Positions 19,475 through 28,717 of a DNA stretch of 39,499 bases are shown piece after piece; within the stretch, counting starts at the first letter, position 1, and every line of letters starts with the position of its first letter. Under the pieces are notes generated by a model, which saw only the letters and a program-made list of their open reading frames with translations, was not told the DNA's origin and ran no database searches. The translations under genes were made by a program, and so were the position numbers. The stretch is from Candidatus Methylomirabilales bacterium. Its GTDB lineage: Bacteria > Methylomirabilota > Methylomirabilia > Methylomirabilales > 2-02-FULL-66-22. The stretch covers positions 1 to 39,499 of the forward strand of contig JBIOJT010000002.1 of assembly GCA_044451055.1 (NCBI GenBank), read 5' to 3'.

Positions 19475-19921
19475 TTACCCCCCGGGTGAATCGAGCATGA
19501 TTGTAACCGGCCCGTCGTTGACCAATTCCACCTGCATGACGGCTTGGAATCGGCCAACGCCGGTCATTATTCCACGGGAGGCGAGAATGTCAACGAATTT
19601 CTCGAACAGGGGACGGGCGTGGTCCGCAGGTGCGGATGCATCGAAACTGGGCCGCCGGCCTTTCCGGGCATCACCGTACAGGGTGAACTGGGAAACCGCC
19701 AGGGCCCGCCCTCCCACCTCGAGCACCGAGCGGTTCATCTTTCCCGCTTCATCCTCAAAGATCCGGAGGTGGGCGACCTTGTCGGCCATCCATGTCAGGT
19801 CGGCGTCTCTGTCCCCGGCCTTGAAGGCGACGAACAGCAACAAGCCGGGCCCGATGGATGCCACCGTTTCCCCTTCGACATGGACTGCCGCCCGGGCAAC
19901 GCGCTGGACGAGGACACGCAT
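19475..19921 (-). CDS. dtd: D-aminoacyl-tRNA deacylase
   Basis: 148 aa. MRVLVQRVARAAVHVEGETVASIGPGLLLFVAF...SQFTLYGD...RRPSF is canonical Dtd. Confidence 0.93.
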   Translation of the reverse strand: MRVLVQRVARAAVHVEGETVASIGPGLLLFVAFKAGDRDADLTWMADKVAHLRIFEDEAGKMNRSVLEVGGRALAVSQFTLYGDARKGRRPSFDASAPADHARPLFEKFVDILASRGIMTGVGRFQAVMQVELVNDGPVTIMLDSPGG

Positions 19922-19936
19922 GGACGCTGTGGCCTC

Positions 19937-20437
19937 CTACAGGATCTTCTCCATGACGATGGTGTCCGCCCACTTCCCATCCAGGAGTCCCTGCTCTTTG
20001 TAGATGCCGACCGTGCGGAAGCCATACTTCTGGTAGAGCGCCATTCCGGCCGTGTTCCAGGGAAAGGCGGAGAGAACCATCTTGTGATAGCCGAGCTGTT
20101 TGGCCCGGGCGATCAGGGCACGGAGGAGGGCACTGCCGACGCCCTTTCCGCGCCAGTCCCTCGCGATATACACGGAGAAGTCGGCGACGAAATCGTAGGC
20201 TTTCCGTGGGTTGAAATGGTTTAAGCTCCCCCAGCCCACGATTGTCCCGTCCAGTTCCGCCACCAGCACGGGGTGTCGTGGCCCCCGCGCGGCCAGCCAC
20301 TGCCGCCGCTCCTCCGGAGTGCGTTCCTCGGTCTCCAGCGTGGCGATCCGATCGACGAGCCCCTGGTTATAGATGGTGGCGATGGCTGCTGCATCGCTGG
20401 GCGCGGCGTCGCGGGTCTTCACGGCTTCGAAAGCCAT
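19937..20437 (-). CDS. GNAT N-acetyltransferase (phosphinothricin/MSO acetyltransferase-like)
   Basis: 166 aa. IYNQGL..., YIARDWRGKGVGSALLRALIARAKQLGYHKMV..., YQKYGF (acetyl-CoA binding R/Q-x-x-G-x-G/A). Confidence 0.87.
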   Translation of the reverse strand: MAFEAVKTRDAAPSDAAAIATIYNQGLVDRIATLETEERTPEERRQWLAARGPRHPVLVAELDGTIVGWGSLNHFNPRKAYDFVADFSVYIARDWRGKGVGSALLRALIARAKQLGYHKMVLSAFPWNTAGMALYQKYGFRTVGIYKEQGLLDGKWADTIVMEKIL

Positions 20438-20477
20438 GGGTCCTCCCGTTACTGGTCGAAGCGGCCGGGATGTATGG

Positions 20478-21316
<839 letters not shown>

Positions 21317-21448
21317 ATTGTTCTGCTCCTCCGTCCGGTCGGTTCTGGTGCAGAGTCACGTCGCGGAGCCTTGCAGCGCCAATCCCACACCGTGAGATAT
21401 TCTCAAAGCTGTTTCTGAAATGCAAGACTGCTTCCCGGTAGGCAGTGA

Positions 21449-22042
21449 TCAGGGAGGCGATCCGTCGATGCCGGCTGACGGAGAGAGGAAATCACGCGGG
21501 AACGCGGGAGCAGTCATACTGGCTCTGATTTGGGCAATGTGGTGGGCCTCGTGCCATGCTTGCAGTTTGACCCAGCCACCGGGGGTGAACCAAACGCCGG
21601 TCGCCGGGTCCGGTGACCGCAGGGTCTCGGAATTGTCCCCGCGGAAGTGTTTGAGTTCCATCCTGAAACGCGCATGTGCGGACCTCAACTCCCTTTCCAG
21701 CTCCGCTTGGTCCCGGACCGAACCCGGCACTAGGTCGCGTGGGACCTGAAGCCGCCCGTATGGATATTGATCGAGATCCGCCGTGTAGAGGGTCGCGCTG
21801 GCTGGAACGGTTTGACCGTGGTAATCTCCACGGATTGGCTTTCGCACCATCTTGCTCGACCCGATCTCGGCGCGCAGCAGGTGTTCTACCGCCTCTCCGA
21901 TGCACCAGAATCCTGCCTCGGGCCGAAACATCCACTGGGCGGGCGTCAGGCAGCGGATGGTTTCGAGCAGCTCCCTCCGAACCCTTTCACTGGACAGCCA
22001 TCCGGTCCGCAGTCCAGGGTGCAAGCCATCATGCGTGTGCAT
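21449..22042 (-). CDS. DinB-superfamily protein
   Basis: 197 aa. Helical, with His residues in the DinB-like arrangement (IGEAVEHLL ... AWHEAHHIAQI). Confidence 0.7.
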   Translation of the reverse strand: MHTHDGLHPGLRTGWLSSERVRRELLETIRCLTPAQWMFRPEAGFWCIGEAVEHLLRAEIGSSKMVRKPIRGDYHGQTVPASATLYTADLDQYPYGRLQVPRDLVPGSVRDQAELERELRSAHARFRMELKHFRGDNSETLRSPDPATGVWFTPGGWVKLQAWHEAHHIAQIRASMTAPAFPRDFLSPSAGIDGSPP

Positions 22043-22527
22043 CAGAGCCTCCGAAGAAGTCCCTTGTCCTGTGGGAAACCTGCGAGGTCACGAGGAAGGC
22101 ACCCAAGCTTAGAAAGGTGATGCCATTCCTGTCATGGAGCCAGAAGTGCACGGCTGCTGGTGGCATGAGCGAAGAGGCTGTTGACCCGGTCAACCGTCTA
22201 GGGATGGTCTTGCCTTGGACCCTGCTTCGGCCTGCCTTGATACCGGTGGGCTCGAGCCAATCATTCCCGCCGGTGGCTGGCCACAAGAAGTTCCTTTCGC
22301 CGGTTCCACTGCCTCGCCTCCTACCACAAGGTGCGTAAAGCGACTGGTTTTTACTCTCACTACGGGAGTAACCCAGGTGTATCCTGCGTGGACCGGTGGC
22401 ATGCTACTTGTTCAGCCGGCATGTCGTCAACATGCCGCAATCGGCTCGAACGATTGAAGCGAAAGGAAGGAAAAGCGTTATCCTCTCGCCGTAGCTGGCT
22501 GCAGGCCCGCCTCATCCGGCTTTTCAA

Positions 22528-22574
22528 TTGACACAGCACGGACGCTCTTGTACATTCATGATCAAACACTCATG
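22528..22574 (+). promoter_or_regulatory. promoter plus imperfect inverted repeat (putative ArsR operator) of the first arsR
   Basis: TTGACA (22528-22533), 17 nt spacer, TACATT (22551-22556). CATGA-N8-TCATG inverted repeat at 22557-22574, just before the SD GGAGGGG. Confidence 0.45.
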
Positions 22575-22585
22575 GAGGGGGCAGA

Positions 22586-22906
22586 ATGAGCGACGATCTG
22601 CTGGAGCTGAAAGCGAATATCCTGAAGGCGTTGGGCCAGCCAACGCGGCTGAAGATCCTGGAGCTCCTGCGGAACGGCGAGCGATGTGTCTGTGAGATCT
22701 TTCCCGCCATAAAGGAAGAACAGTCCAATGTCTCCCGTCACCTGGCTCTCATGAAGGCCAGCGGGATCCTGGCCTCGCGAAAGGAGGGGCAGATGGTCCA
22801 CTACCGCGTTCGGGATCCCCAGGTCTTCAAGCTCCTGGACGGTGTCAACGCCCTTCTCAAGAACCACATTGCGGAACGGAAGAGTTTGTCTCGCCGCCTG
22901 GTCTGA
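22586..22906 (+). CDS. arsR: ArsR/SmtB family metalloregulator
   Basis: 106 aa. LKALGQPTRLKILELLRNGERCVCEIFPAIKEEQSNVSRHLALMKASGILASRKEGQMVHYRV, a winged HTH with a CVC metalloid site. Confidence 0.88.
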   Translation: MSDDLLELKANILKALGQPTRLKILELLRNGERCVCEIFPAIKEEQSNVSRHLALMKASGILASRKEGQMVHYRVRDPQVFKLLDGVNALLKNHIAERKSLSRRLV

Positions 22907-23006
22907 GAGCACGACACGACGACAACTACCTTCCCCCAAGAACCCTTCCTAGTACACTCTTGCCGGCAGGTCAGCGCTTTCCCGACCCGCATGCACAGAA
23001 CTCTGG

Positions 23007-23054
23007 TTGACAGGATGGGTGAGGAGGAATAACATATGCGCTGATTTGCATATG
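23007..23054 (+). promoter_or_regulatory. promoter plus perfect 8-bp inverted repeat (putative ArsR operator) of the arsR2-acr3-arsC operon
   Basis: TTGACA (23007-23012), 17 nt spacer, TAACAT (23030-23035). ACATATGC-N7-GCATATGT (23032-23039 / 23047-23054) overlaps the -10 element and the expected transcription start. Confidence 0.5.
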
Positions 23055-23072
23055 TCCGGAGGCTCAATTGCC

Positions 23073-23438
23073 ATGAAAGACATGACCCGACTCTTGGCTG
23101 TTCTGGCAGACGCCACGCGCCTGCGGCTGGTCCGCCTACTGCTCCGGCAGGAGTTGTGCGTCTGCGAGTTGGTAGACGCGCTCTGCATGCCTCAATACAA
23201 GGTGTCGCGCCACCTGCGTCAGATGCGGGCCATCGGGCTGGTCGAGGCGAGGCGGCGCGGTCGGTGGATGCACTACCGGATCGGCGGAGTCGCGGCCCCG
23301 AGCGGCGTCCACCAGGCCCTGCTGAAAGTCCTGGGCGCGCACCTGAAGGATCTGCCGGACGCGAAGCGGGATGATGCGCGCCTGCGGCGGCGCCTGACGC
23401 TCCGTCAGGCGGGGCGGTGCGTCGTGGGGCAGAGGTAG
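23073..23438 (+). CDS. arsR: ArsR/SmtB family arsenite-responsive repressor
   Basis: Start at ATG 23073 (GGAGG 9 nt upstream). LADATRLRLVRLLLRQELCVCELVDALCMPQYKVSRHLRQMRAIGLVEARRRGRWMHYRI, with the ELCVCEL As(III) site. Confidence 0.85.
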   Translation: MKDMTRLLAVLADATRLRLVRLLLRQELCVCELVDALCMPQYKVSRHLRQMRAIGLVEARRRGRWMHYRIGGVAAPSGVHQALLKVLGAHLKDLPDAKRDDARLRRRLTLRQAGRCVVGQR

Positions 23439-23540
23439 CTCTGGCGTTTGTCGAAGCCTGGCTGTCGGCATCCCGGCACGGACGTCCCGGCAGGGAGGCA
23501 CGCGAAGCCCCATCCTTTCTCTCAACGAAGGAGGTTCCGG

Positions 23541-24620
23541 ATGACTCAAGGGGTTGCCAAGAGGCTCTCGTTCCTCGACCGGTACCTGACCCTGTGGATC
23601 TTCCTCGCCATGTTTGTCGGCGTGGGCCAGGGATATCTCTTGCCCGACAGCATTACCTGGATCTCGGCGTTCCAGGTGGGGACGACCTCGATCCCGATCG
23701 CGCTCGGCCTCATCCTCATGATGTACCCACCGCTCGCCAAGGTGAAGTACGAGGAGATCGGGCGGGTTTTCAGGGATGTCCGGGTCCTTGCGCTTTCTCT
23801 CGTCCAGAATTGGATCATCGGCCCGATCCTGATGTTTCTCCTGGCAATCACGTTTCTCCGCGACTACCCAGAGTACATGGTCGGGCTCATCCTGATCGGC
23901 TTGGCGCGCTGCATTGCCATGGTCATCGTCTGGAACGATCTGGCGAAAGGCGACACCGAGTACTGCGCCGCCCTCGTTGCCTTCAACGCCATTTTCCAGG
24001 TGTTGTTCTTCTCCGTGTATGCCTATGTCTTCATCACCGTCCTGCCCACCTGGCTCGGGCTGCAGGGTGCGGTGGTAAACATCTCCATCCGCCAGATTGC
24101 GGAGAGCGTGTTCATTTACCTCGGCATTCCCTTCATCGTGGGAGTGATCACCCGATTCAGTCTGATCGGACTCAAGGGAAAAGCGTGGTACACGACGCAG
24201 TTTATCCCGCGCATCTCCCCCCTCACGCTGATCGCGCTTCTGTTCACGATCGTCGTCATGTTCAGCCTGAAGGGAGAGTATATCGTCCGTCTGCCCTTGG
24301 ATGTGCTGCGGGTTGCCCTCCCATTGCTGATCTACTTCGTGGTGATGTTTCTGGCCTCGTTCTACATCAGCCGGAGGTTTGGGGCGGACTACGCGAAGAG
24401 CGCGTCTCTGTCCTTCACGGCCGCCAGCAACAACTTCGAACTGGCCATTGCGGTGGCGGTCGGCGTGTTTGGGCTGAATTCCGGGGCTGCCTTTGCCGCC
24501 GTCATTGGTCCGCTGGTGGAGGTGCCGGTACTCATCAGTCTTGTCAATGTGGCCTTCTGGTTCCAGCGGAAGTACTTCGCGGTCGCGCCGAGAGTTCAAA
24601 GGGCGATGGGCTCTCGCTGA
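23541..24620 (+). CDS. acr3: ACR3-family arsenite efflux transporter
   Basis: Start at ATG 23541 (GAAGGAGG upstream). [21 protein letters not shown]..., [29 protein letters not shown] are canonical ACR3. Confidence 0.92.
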   Translation: MTQGVAKRLSFLDRYLTLWIFLAMFVGVGQGYLLPDSITWISAFQVGTTSIPIALGLILMMYPPLAKVKYEEIGRVFRDVRVLALSLVQNWIIGPILMFLLAITFLRDYPEYMVGLILIGLARCIAMVIVWNDLAKGDTEYCAALVAFNAIFQVLFFSVYAYVFITVLPTWLGLQGAVVNISIRQIAESVFIYLGIPFIVGVITRFSLIGLKGKAWYTTQFIPRISPLTLIALLFTIVVMFSLKGEYIVRLPLDVLRVALPLLIYFVVMFLASFYISRRFGADYAKSASLSFTAASNNFELAIAVAVGVFGLNSGAAFAAVIGPLVEVPVLISLVNVAFWFQRKYFAVAPRVQRAMGSR

Positions 24621-24659
24621 CGCTCGCCCTGGTGAGCGCCGCGCATCGAGGAGGGGAGT

Positions 24660-25124
24660 ATGCCAGGTCCGGTCAGGGTGATGTTCGTTTGCACCGGCAA
24701 TTCTGCGCGCAGCCAGATGGCCGAAGGGTTTGTCCGCTATATCGGCCGGGGCCGGATAGAGGCGTGCAGTGCGGGGATGGAGCCAAGCCAGTTGAACCCG
24801 TTTGCCGTGACCGTCATGCAGGAGAAGGGGGTTGACATCTCGGGCCAGCGGTCGAAGGGATTTGACGAGGCCCTGGCCCGCCGGATGGACGTGGTGGTGA
24901 CGGTGTGCGGCAACGCCGATGAGCGTTGCCCGATCCTTCCTCCGGAGGTCACGAGGCTCCACTGGCCGCTGGAGGACCCGGCTGCGGCGCAAGGAACCGA
25001 GGCCGAGATTCTGAGCAACTTTCGGGAAATCCGAGACCAGATCGAGGCAAGGGTCCAGGAACTGGTGAGAACTCTCGATTCTTCGAACACCGAGGGGTTG
25101 GCCCGAGACCTCGCGGGTAGATGA
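24660..25124 (+). CDS. arsC: arsenate reductase, LMW-PTP (thioredoxin-coupled) type
   Basis: 154 aa. VMFVCTGNSARSQMAEGF (CX5R P-loop), VTVCGNADERCP (second Cys pair). Confidence 0.92.
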   Translation: MPGPVRVMFVCTGNSARSQMAEGFVRYIGRGRIEACSAGMEPSQLNPFAVTVMQEKGVDISGQRSKGFDEALARRMDVVVTVCGNADERCPILPPEVTRLHWPLEDPAAAQGTEAEILSNFREIRDQIEARVQELVRTLDSSNTEGLARDLAGR

Positions 25125-25137
25125 GGAGGAAGGCGCA

Positions 25138-25545
25138 GTGGCGAAGAAGGCGAAGCCCGGGGAGAAGTTGCCGGGACCGTTTAAGAACTTTACGAATGAG
25201 TTCCCTGCGGTCATTGCAGAGTACGACGCAATGGGAAGGGCCGCCCATGCCGGGGGTCCGCTAGATGCGAAGACGCGTGAGCTGTTCAAGCGGGGTATGG
25301 CCATCGGGGCGCGCCTGGAGGGGGCCACGCATTCCCATGTCTGCAAGGCCATCGGCGAAGAGCAATCCAAAGTTTCCAAGCACCTGGGTATTCTTCGCCG
25401 TGCTGGAATCCTCTTCGCCCGCCGAGATGGGGGCAGGGTGATGTACCGATTGAAGGATACAGGGGTTTCGGAATTCCTGCGGAAGCTTCACGACCTCGTT
25501 CCGGCCGATTTTTTTTGTACGGGACATGAGGACATGGTCATATGA
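25138..25545 (+). CDS. chimeric ORF: Cys-less CMD/AhpD-like N-terminal half fused to an ArsR C-terminal half
   Basis: 135 aa, GTG start. Residues 1-66 (FKNFTNEFPAVIAEYDAMGRAAHAGGPLDAKTRELFKRGMAIGARLEGATHSHV) follow the carboxymuconolactone-decarboxylase pattern, but L and A replace the CxxC cysteines. The rest (CKAIGEEQSKVSKHLGILRRAGILFARRDGGRVMYRLKD) closely matches arsR1 residues CEIFPAIKEEQSNVSRHLALMKASGILASRKEGQMVHYRVRD. Confidence 0.6.
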   Translation: MAKKAKPGEKLPGPFKNFTNEFPAVIAEYDAMGRAAHAGGPLDAKTRELFKRGMAIGARLEGATHSHVCKAIGEEQSKVSKHLGILRRAGILFARRDGGRVMYRLKDTGVSEFLRKLHDLVPADFFCTGHEDMVI

Positions 25546-25849
25546 TTATTTTCACCTGTTCGGCAACTTCGCTGTAATCAACCCGGGCCGATGGATCTTT
25601 CGTGGTCGGGAGTTAGCCACTCCATGCAGCCGTGAGACACGGGAAGCGAAATGGTGAGACAAAAGGGTCAGCCGTGCTGCCTTACACGCACATCAACCGA
25701 CTGCCTTCAAGCCATGACGGACCTGGCAGGGAAGAATGCGACACGATCGGTCGCTGATTGCGGGCAGTCCAACCCGCCGTGCGGATCGTGAACAGGAGAC
25801 GAAGTTGATCGAGCGACCCGGGATGGTGCTGGGGTAAGGAGGGTCATTG

Positions 25850-26983
25850 ATGGACGGTGCTGAACGGAAGCCTTGTTGCGCGATGGGGGGTGGTGAAAGG
25901 CAGCAAGCGTTCGCGTTGGCAACGAGGAATCCGCTGACGACACGATACTTTCTTGCCACTGGATTTGGAGTGATCGCCTGGTGGTTGGTGTACCGACAGT
26001 TGGCGCCTGTGGCGGACTGGGCGACTTACACCCTCATGCATCTGGAGCGGGGAACGCACCTCTCTGCGACCGTCGAGTTCTTTGTGTTCGAGGTGCCCAA
26101 GGTCCTCATGCTGCTGCTCCTCGTAGTCTTTGGAGTGGGCATCGTTCGGACCTTCTTCACCCCGGAGCGGACGCGCCGGATCCTGGCCGGGCAGCGGGAG
26201 TCAGTTGGGACGGTGCTGGCGGGACTACTTGGCATTGTCACGCCCTTCTGCTCCTGCTCGGCCGTGCCGCTCTTCCTGGGCTTCGTTACCGCCGGGATCC
26301 CACTCGGCGTGAGCCTCACGTTCCTGATCTCGGCCCCCATGGTGAACGAGGTCGCCCTGGTGCTCCTCTACGGGATGCTCGGGTGGAAGGTTGCGGCGAT
26401 CTATATGAGCACCGGCCTGGCCATCGCCATGGTGTCGGGCTGGACGATCGGGCGTCTGCACATGGAAAAGCACGTGGAAGAGTGGGTGTGCGAAGCCCGG
26501 ATGGGAGACGGGGGGTCCGAACAGCGCCTCGACTGGGTCGCGCGGATCCACTACGGCCTCGACTCGGTCCGAGAAATCGTCGGTAAGGTGTGGTTCTACG
26601 TCGTCCTGGGGATTGCGGTCGGGGCAGGCATCCACGGCTATGTCCCGGAGAACTTCCTGGCCGGGATCATGGGGAAGAGCGCGTGGTGGTCCGTGCCCCT
26701 CGTGGTCCTCATCGGCATCCCCATGTATTCTAATGCCGCCGGGATGATCCCTGTGGTGGAGGCCCTACTGGCGAAGGGGGCAGCGCTGGGGACGGTCCTC
26801 GCCTTCATGATGGCGGTGATTTCCATCTCCACTCCGGAGGCAATCATCCTGCGGAAGGTGCTGAAGCCCCGCCTAATCGCCGTTTTCATCGGAGTAGTCA
26901 CAGTCGGCATCCTGATCGTCGGGTATCTGTTCAACCTGTTGCCGCTCCAGAACATCGTCACGGCAGGACACGCTCTGCCCTGA
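25850..26983 (+). CDS. ArsP/DUF318-type permease
   Basis: ATG 25850 (AAGGAGGG 7 nt upstream). Polytopic, with GIVTPFCSCSAVPLF, the signature of the permease family that includes organoarsenical exporter ArsP. N-terminal KPCCAMGGG. Confidence 0.85.
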   Translation: MDGAERKPCCAMGGGERQQAFALATRNPLTTRYFLATGFGVIAWWLVYRQLAPVADWATYTLMHLERGTHLSATVEFFVFEVPKVLMLLLLVVFGVGIVRTFFTPERTRRILAGQRESVGTVLAGLLGIVTPFCSCSAVPLFLGFVTAGIPLGVSLTFLISAPMVNEVALVLLYGMLGWKVAAIYMSTGLAIAMVSGWTIGRLHMEKHVEEWVCEARMGDGGSEQRLDWVARIHYGLDSVREIVGKVWFYVVLGIAVGAGIHGYVPENFLAGIMGKSAWWSVPLVVLIGIPMYSNAAGMIPVVEALLAKGAALGTVLAFMMAVISISTPEAIILRKVLKPRLIAVFIGVVTVGILIVGYLFNLLPLQNIVTAGHALP

Positions 26984-27136
26984 CGACATGAACTGACGAA
27001 TGAGATGCCCCTTCTCCGAGGGAACACTCGTGAGGATAGACACGGTCGAGAATCCAGGGCGTGACAGGCGCAAGCGGCCTCAGGACCTGCTAGGACCGTT
27101 AGCGTTCAACCCCCATTGAGACTGGAGGGAACAACC

Positions 27137-27385
27137 ATGAAGATCCAGATTGCCGGACCGGGGTGCCCGCGATGCCAGACGACGGAGAAGAATGTCATCA
27201 ATGCGTGCGCGCAACTTGACCTGGCTGCCGATATCTCGCACATCTATGACGTGAAGGAGTTTGTGAAGCTGGGCGTGATGTCGACTCCCGCTGTGATCGT
27301 GGACGGCAAGATCGTGATGTCGGGCAGGGTCCCCACCGTCGGAGAGTTGAAAGCGATTCTGTCCGAGACCGGACGCGCTAATTGA
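27137..27385 (+). CDS. small thioredoxin-fold protein (redox-active disulfide protein 2-like)
   Basis: 82 aa. MKIQIAGPGCPRCQTTEKNV...STPAVIVDGKIV. CPxC motif. Commonly paired with DUF318 permeases. GGAGGGA upstream. Confidence 0.85.
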   Translation: MKIQIAGPGCPRCQTTEKNVINACAQLDLAADISHIYDVKEFVKLGVMSTPAVIVDGKIVMSGRVPTVGELKAILSETGRAN

Positions 27386-27447
27386 ACGGGGGGTGCCAAC
27401 CTTTCTTCGGGAGGCCCACGAAACCCGAGGGGGGCGGGAGCTGACCC

Positions 27448-28269
27448 ATGAGCATATTGACGGGGAAGCGATTCGGGTTCCTGGGAGCGGGGGTGATCGC
27501 CGAGGTCTCCGTCCGCCGCCTTCTCGGCAGCAGGCTGGCCAAAGCAGAAGAGATCCTGGCCTACGACATCAAGGAGGCGATCCTTGAGCGCCTGGCCGTT
27601 ACCTTCGAGGTCCGGCCGATGAAGAGCAACAGCGACGTTGCGGCCAACGCCGACTACATCTTTCTGGCGGTCCCGCCCCTGGCGATAGTACCGGTCCTGC
27701 GAGAAGTCGCGCCTGCTCTCCGCATTGACCAGATGATCTTGTCACTGGCTGCTGCCGTGTCAACGGAACTCATGGAGGCGGCGATCGGCAAGCCGGTCCC
27801 GGTGGTGCGCCTCATTCCCAACACGCCGTTCTGGATCGGACAAGGCATGAATCCATATTGCCTCGGAAGTCATGTCGGGCCGGGAGAAGCGGAGGAGGCG
27901 TGGGAATTGCTCAAGGTGTTCGGCAAGGCCGAAGAGATCCCCGAGGAGCAGATGGCCATCGCCACGGCGCTGACGGCGGTGGGACCGACCTACATCTTTC
28001 CGGTGATCGCCGCCCTGGCCGATGCCGCCATTGCCCATGATCTGCCGCCGCACATCGCGCTGCCCGCGGCCTGCCAGGTCGTTGCCGGGGCCGCCGCCCT
28101 GGTGACGCAGACCGAGCGAAGTCCGAATAGCCTGAGCCTGATGATCGGCACCCGCACATTGGATGAAGGAGCCGCGAGAAAACTCTTCACCCAAGCCGTC
28201 GAGGATGCCCACGCCAAGATCATGGCGACAGAGGCGAAGGTCACCGCAGGAGCCGCAGCGAAGAGTTGA
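27448..28269 (+). CDS. pyrroline-5-carboxylate reductase-like NAD(P) oxidoreductase
   Basis: 273 aa. FGFLGAGVIAEVSVRRLL (Rossmann GxGxxA), RLIPNTPFWIGQGMNPY, and a C-terminal P5CR dimerisation-like region (ALTAVGPTYIFPVIAALADA). Confidence 0.78.
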   Translation: MSILTGKRFGFLGAGVIAEVSVRRLLGSRLAKAEEILAYDIKEAILERLAVTFEVRPMKSNSDVAANADYIFLAVPPLAIVPVLREVAPALRIDQMILSLAAAVSTELMEAAIGKPVPVVRLIPNTPFWIGQGMNPYCLGSHVGPGEAEEAWELLKVFGKAEEIPEEQMAIATALTAVGPTYIFPVIAALADAAIAHDLPPHIALPAACQVVAGAAALVTQTERSPNSLSLMIGTRTLDEGAARKLFTQAVEDAHAKIMATEAKVTAGAAAKS

Positions 28270-28274
28270 CCTCT

Positions 28275-28311
28275 CAAAAAACTCCGGCCCCTCCGGGTGA
28301 CGGAGGGGCCG
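28275..28311 (-). terminator. intrinsic terminator of the minus-strand AhpD-like gene (may also stop the convergent plus-strand operon)
   Basis: Perfect 11-bp stem CGGCCCCTCCG / CGGAGGGGCCG (28285-28295 / 28301-28311) with a 5-nt loop. On the minus strand it is followed by GAGTTTTTTGAG (A6 on the plus strand at 28276-28281). Confidence 0.6.
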
Positions 28312-28335
28312 TGGGAAGGCGGCCAAGCGCGAGGA

Positions 28336-28632
28336 CTACTTCTTGGCTTCGCGATCGTACTTATCCTTCCACTTCTTGTTCAAGTCCTCGATCCCGTCAA
28401 TGTGCTTGATGGTGCTCCAGGTGGCGCGGGCCGCGCCCCGCATGGCGTAGTACAGGGTCTCCATCAGCTCATCCTCGGTGGCGCCGGCTTGCTTCGCGGC
28501 CGCGAAGCGACCGGGCACTCAGCTGGTACAGCCGGCTGCGGCCATGGCGGCCAGGGCAACTAACTGCGTGGTCTTCGGGTCCAGCGTCCCCTCGCGATAG
28601 AACACCCCCGCAAACTCTTTCATGGCTCCCAT
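28336..28632 (-). CDS. AhpD/carboxymuconolactone-decarboxylase-like protein with in-frame UGA (probable selenocysteine, CxxU)
   Basis: One 99-codon frame from ATG 28632 (GAGGAGGAGGA upstream) to TAG 28338..28336, interrupted only by TGA at 28521..28519. Sequence ...TTQLVALAAMAAAGCTS[U]VPGRFAAAKQAGATEDELMETL... The UGA occupies the second Cys position of the family CxxC motif. A hairpin lies immediately downstream. Confidence 0.65.
28484..28514 (-). promoter_or_regulatory. SECIS-like stem-loop downstream of the in-frame UGA
   Basis: mRNA: UGA-GUGC-CCGG-UC-GCUUCGC(GGCC)GCGAAGC-AAG-CCGG. The 18-nt perfect palindrome is at 28491-28508, flanked by complementary CCGG at 28511-28514 and 28484-28487. 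It begins 5 nt after the UGA. Confidence 0.45.
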
Positions 28633-28689
28633 GCGATCCTCCTCCTCTTGCTTGGGTTGGTGGGCTGTTTCCCCACAAGTGCCGCGGTG

Positions 28690-28717
28690 ATTATACTCGA
28701 CGAGGCTCCAGTTGCAA
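28690..28717 (-). promoter_or_regulatory. sigma70-like promoter of the AhpD-like gene
   Basis: Minus strand: TTGCAA (28717..28712), 16 nt spacer, TATAAT (28695..28690), about 55 nt upstream of ATG 28632. Confidence 0.5.

Noticed and set aside
23136-25379. 747-aa minus-strand ORF spanning the whole arsR-acr3-arsC region
   Set aside because: It is antisense to four genes with unmistakable family signatures. The product is Arg/Pro/His/Gly/Asp-rich with no domain pattern. This is a typical shadow ORF of high-GC DNA.
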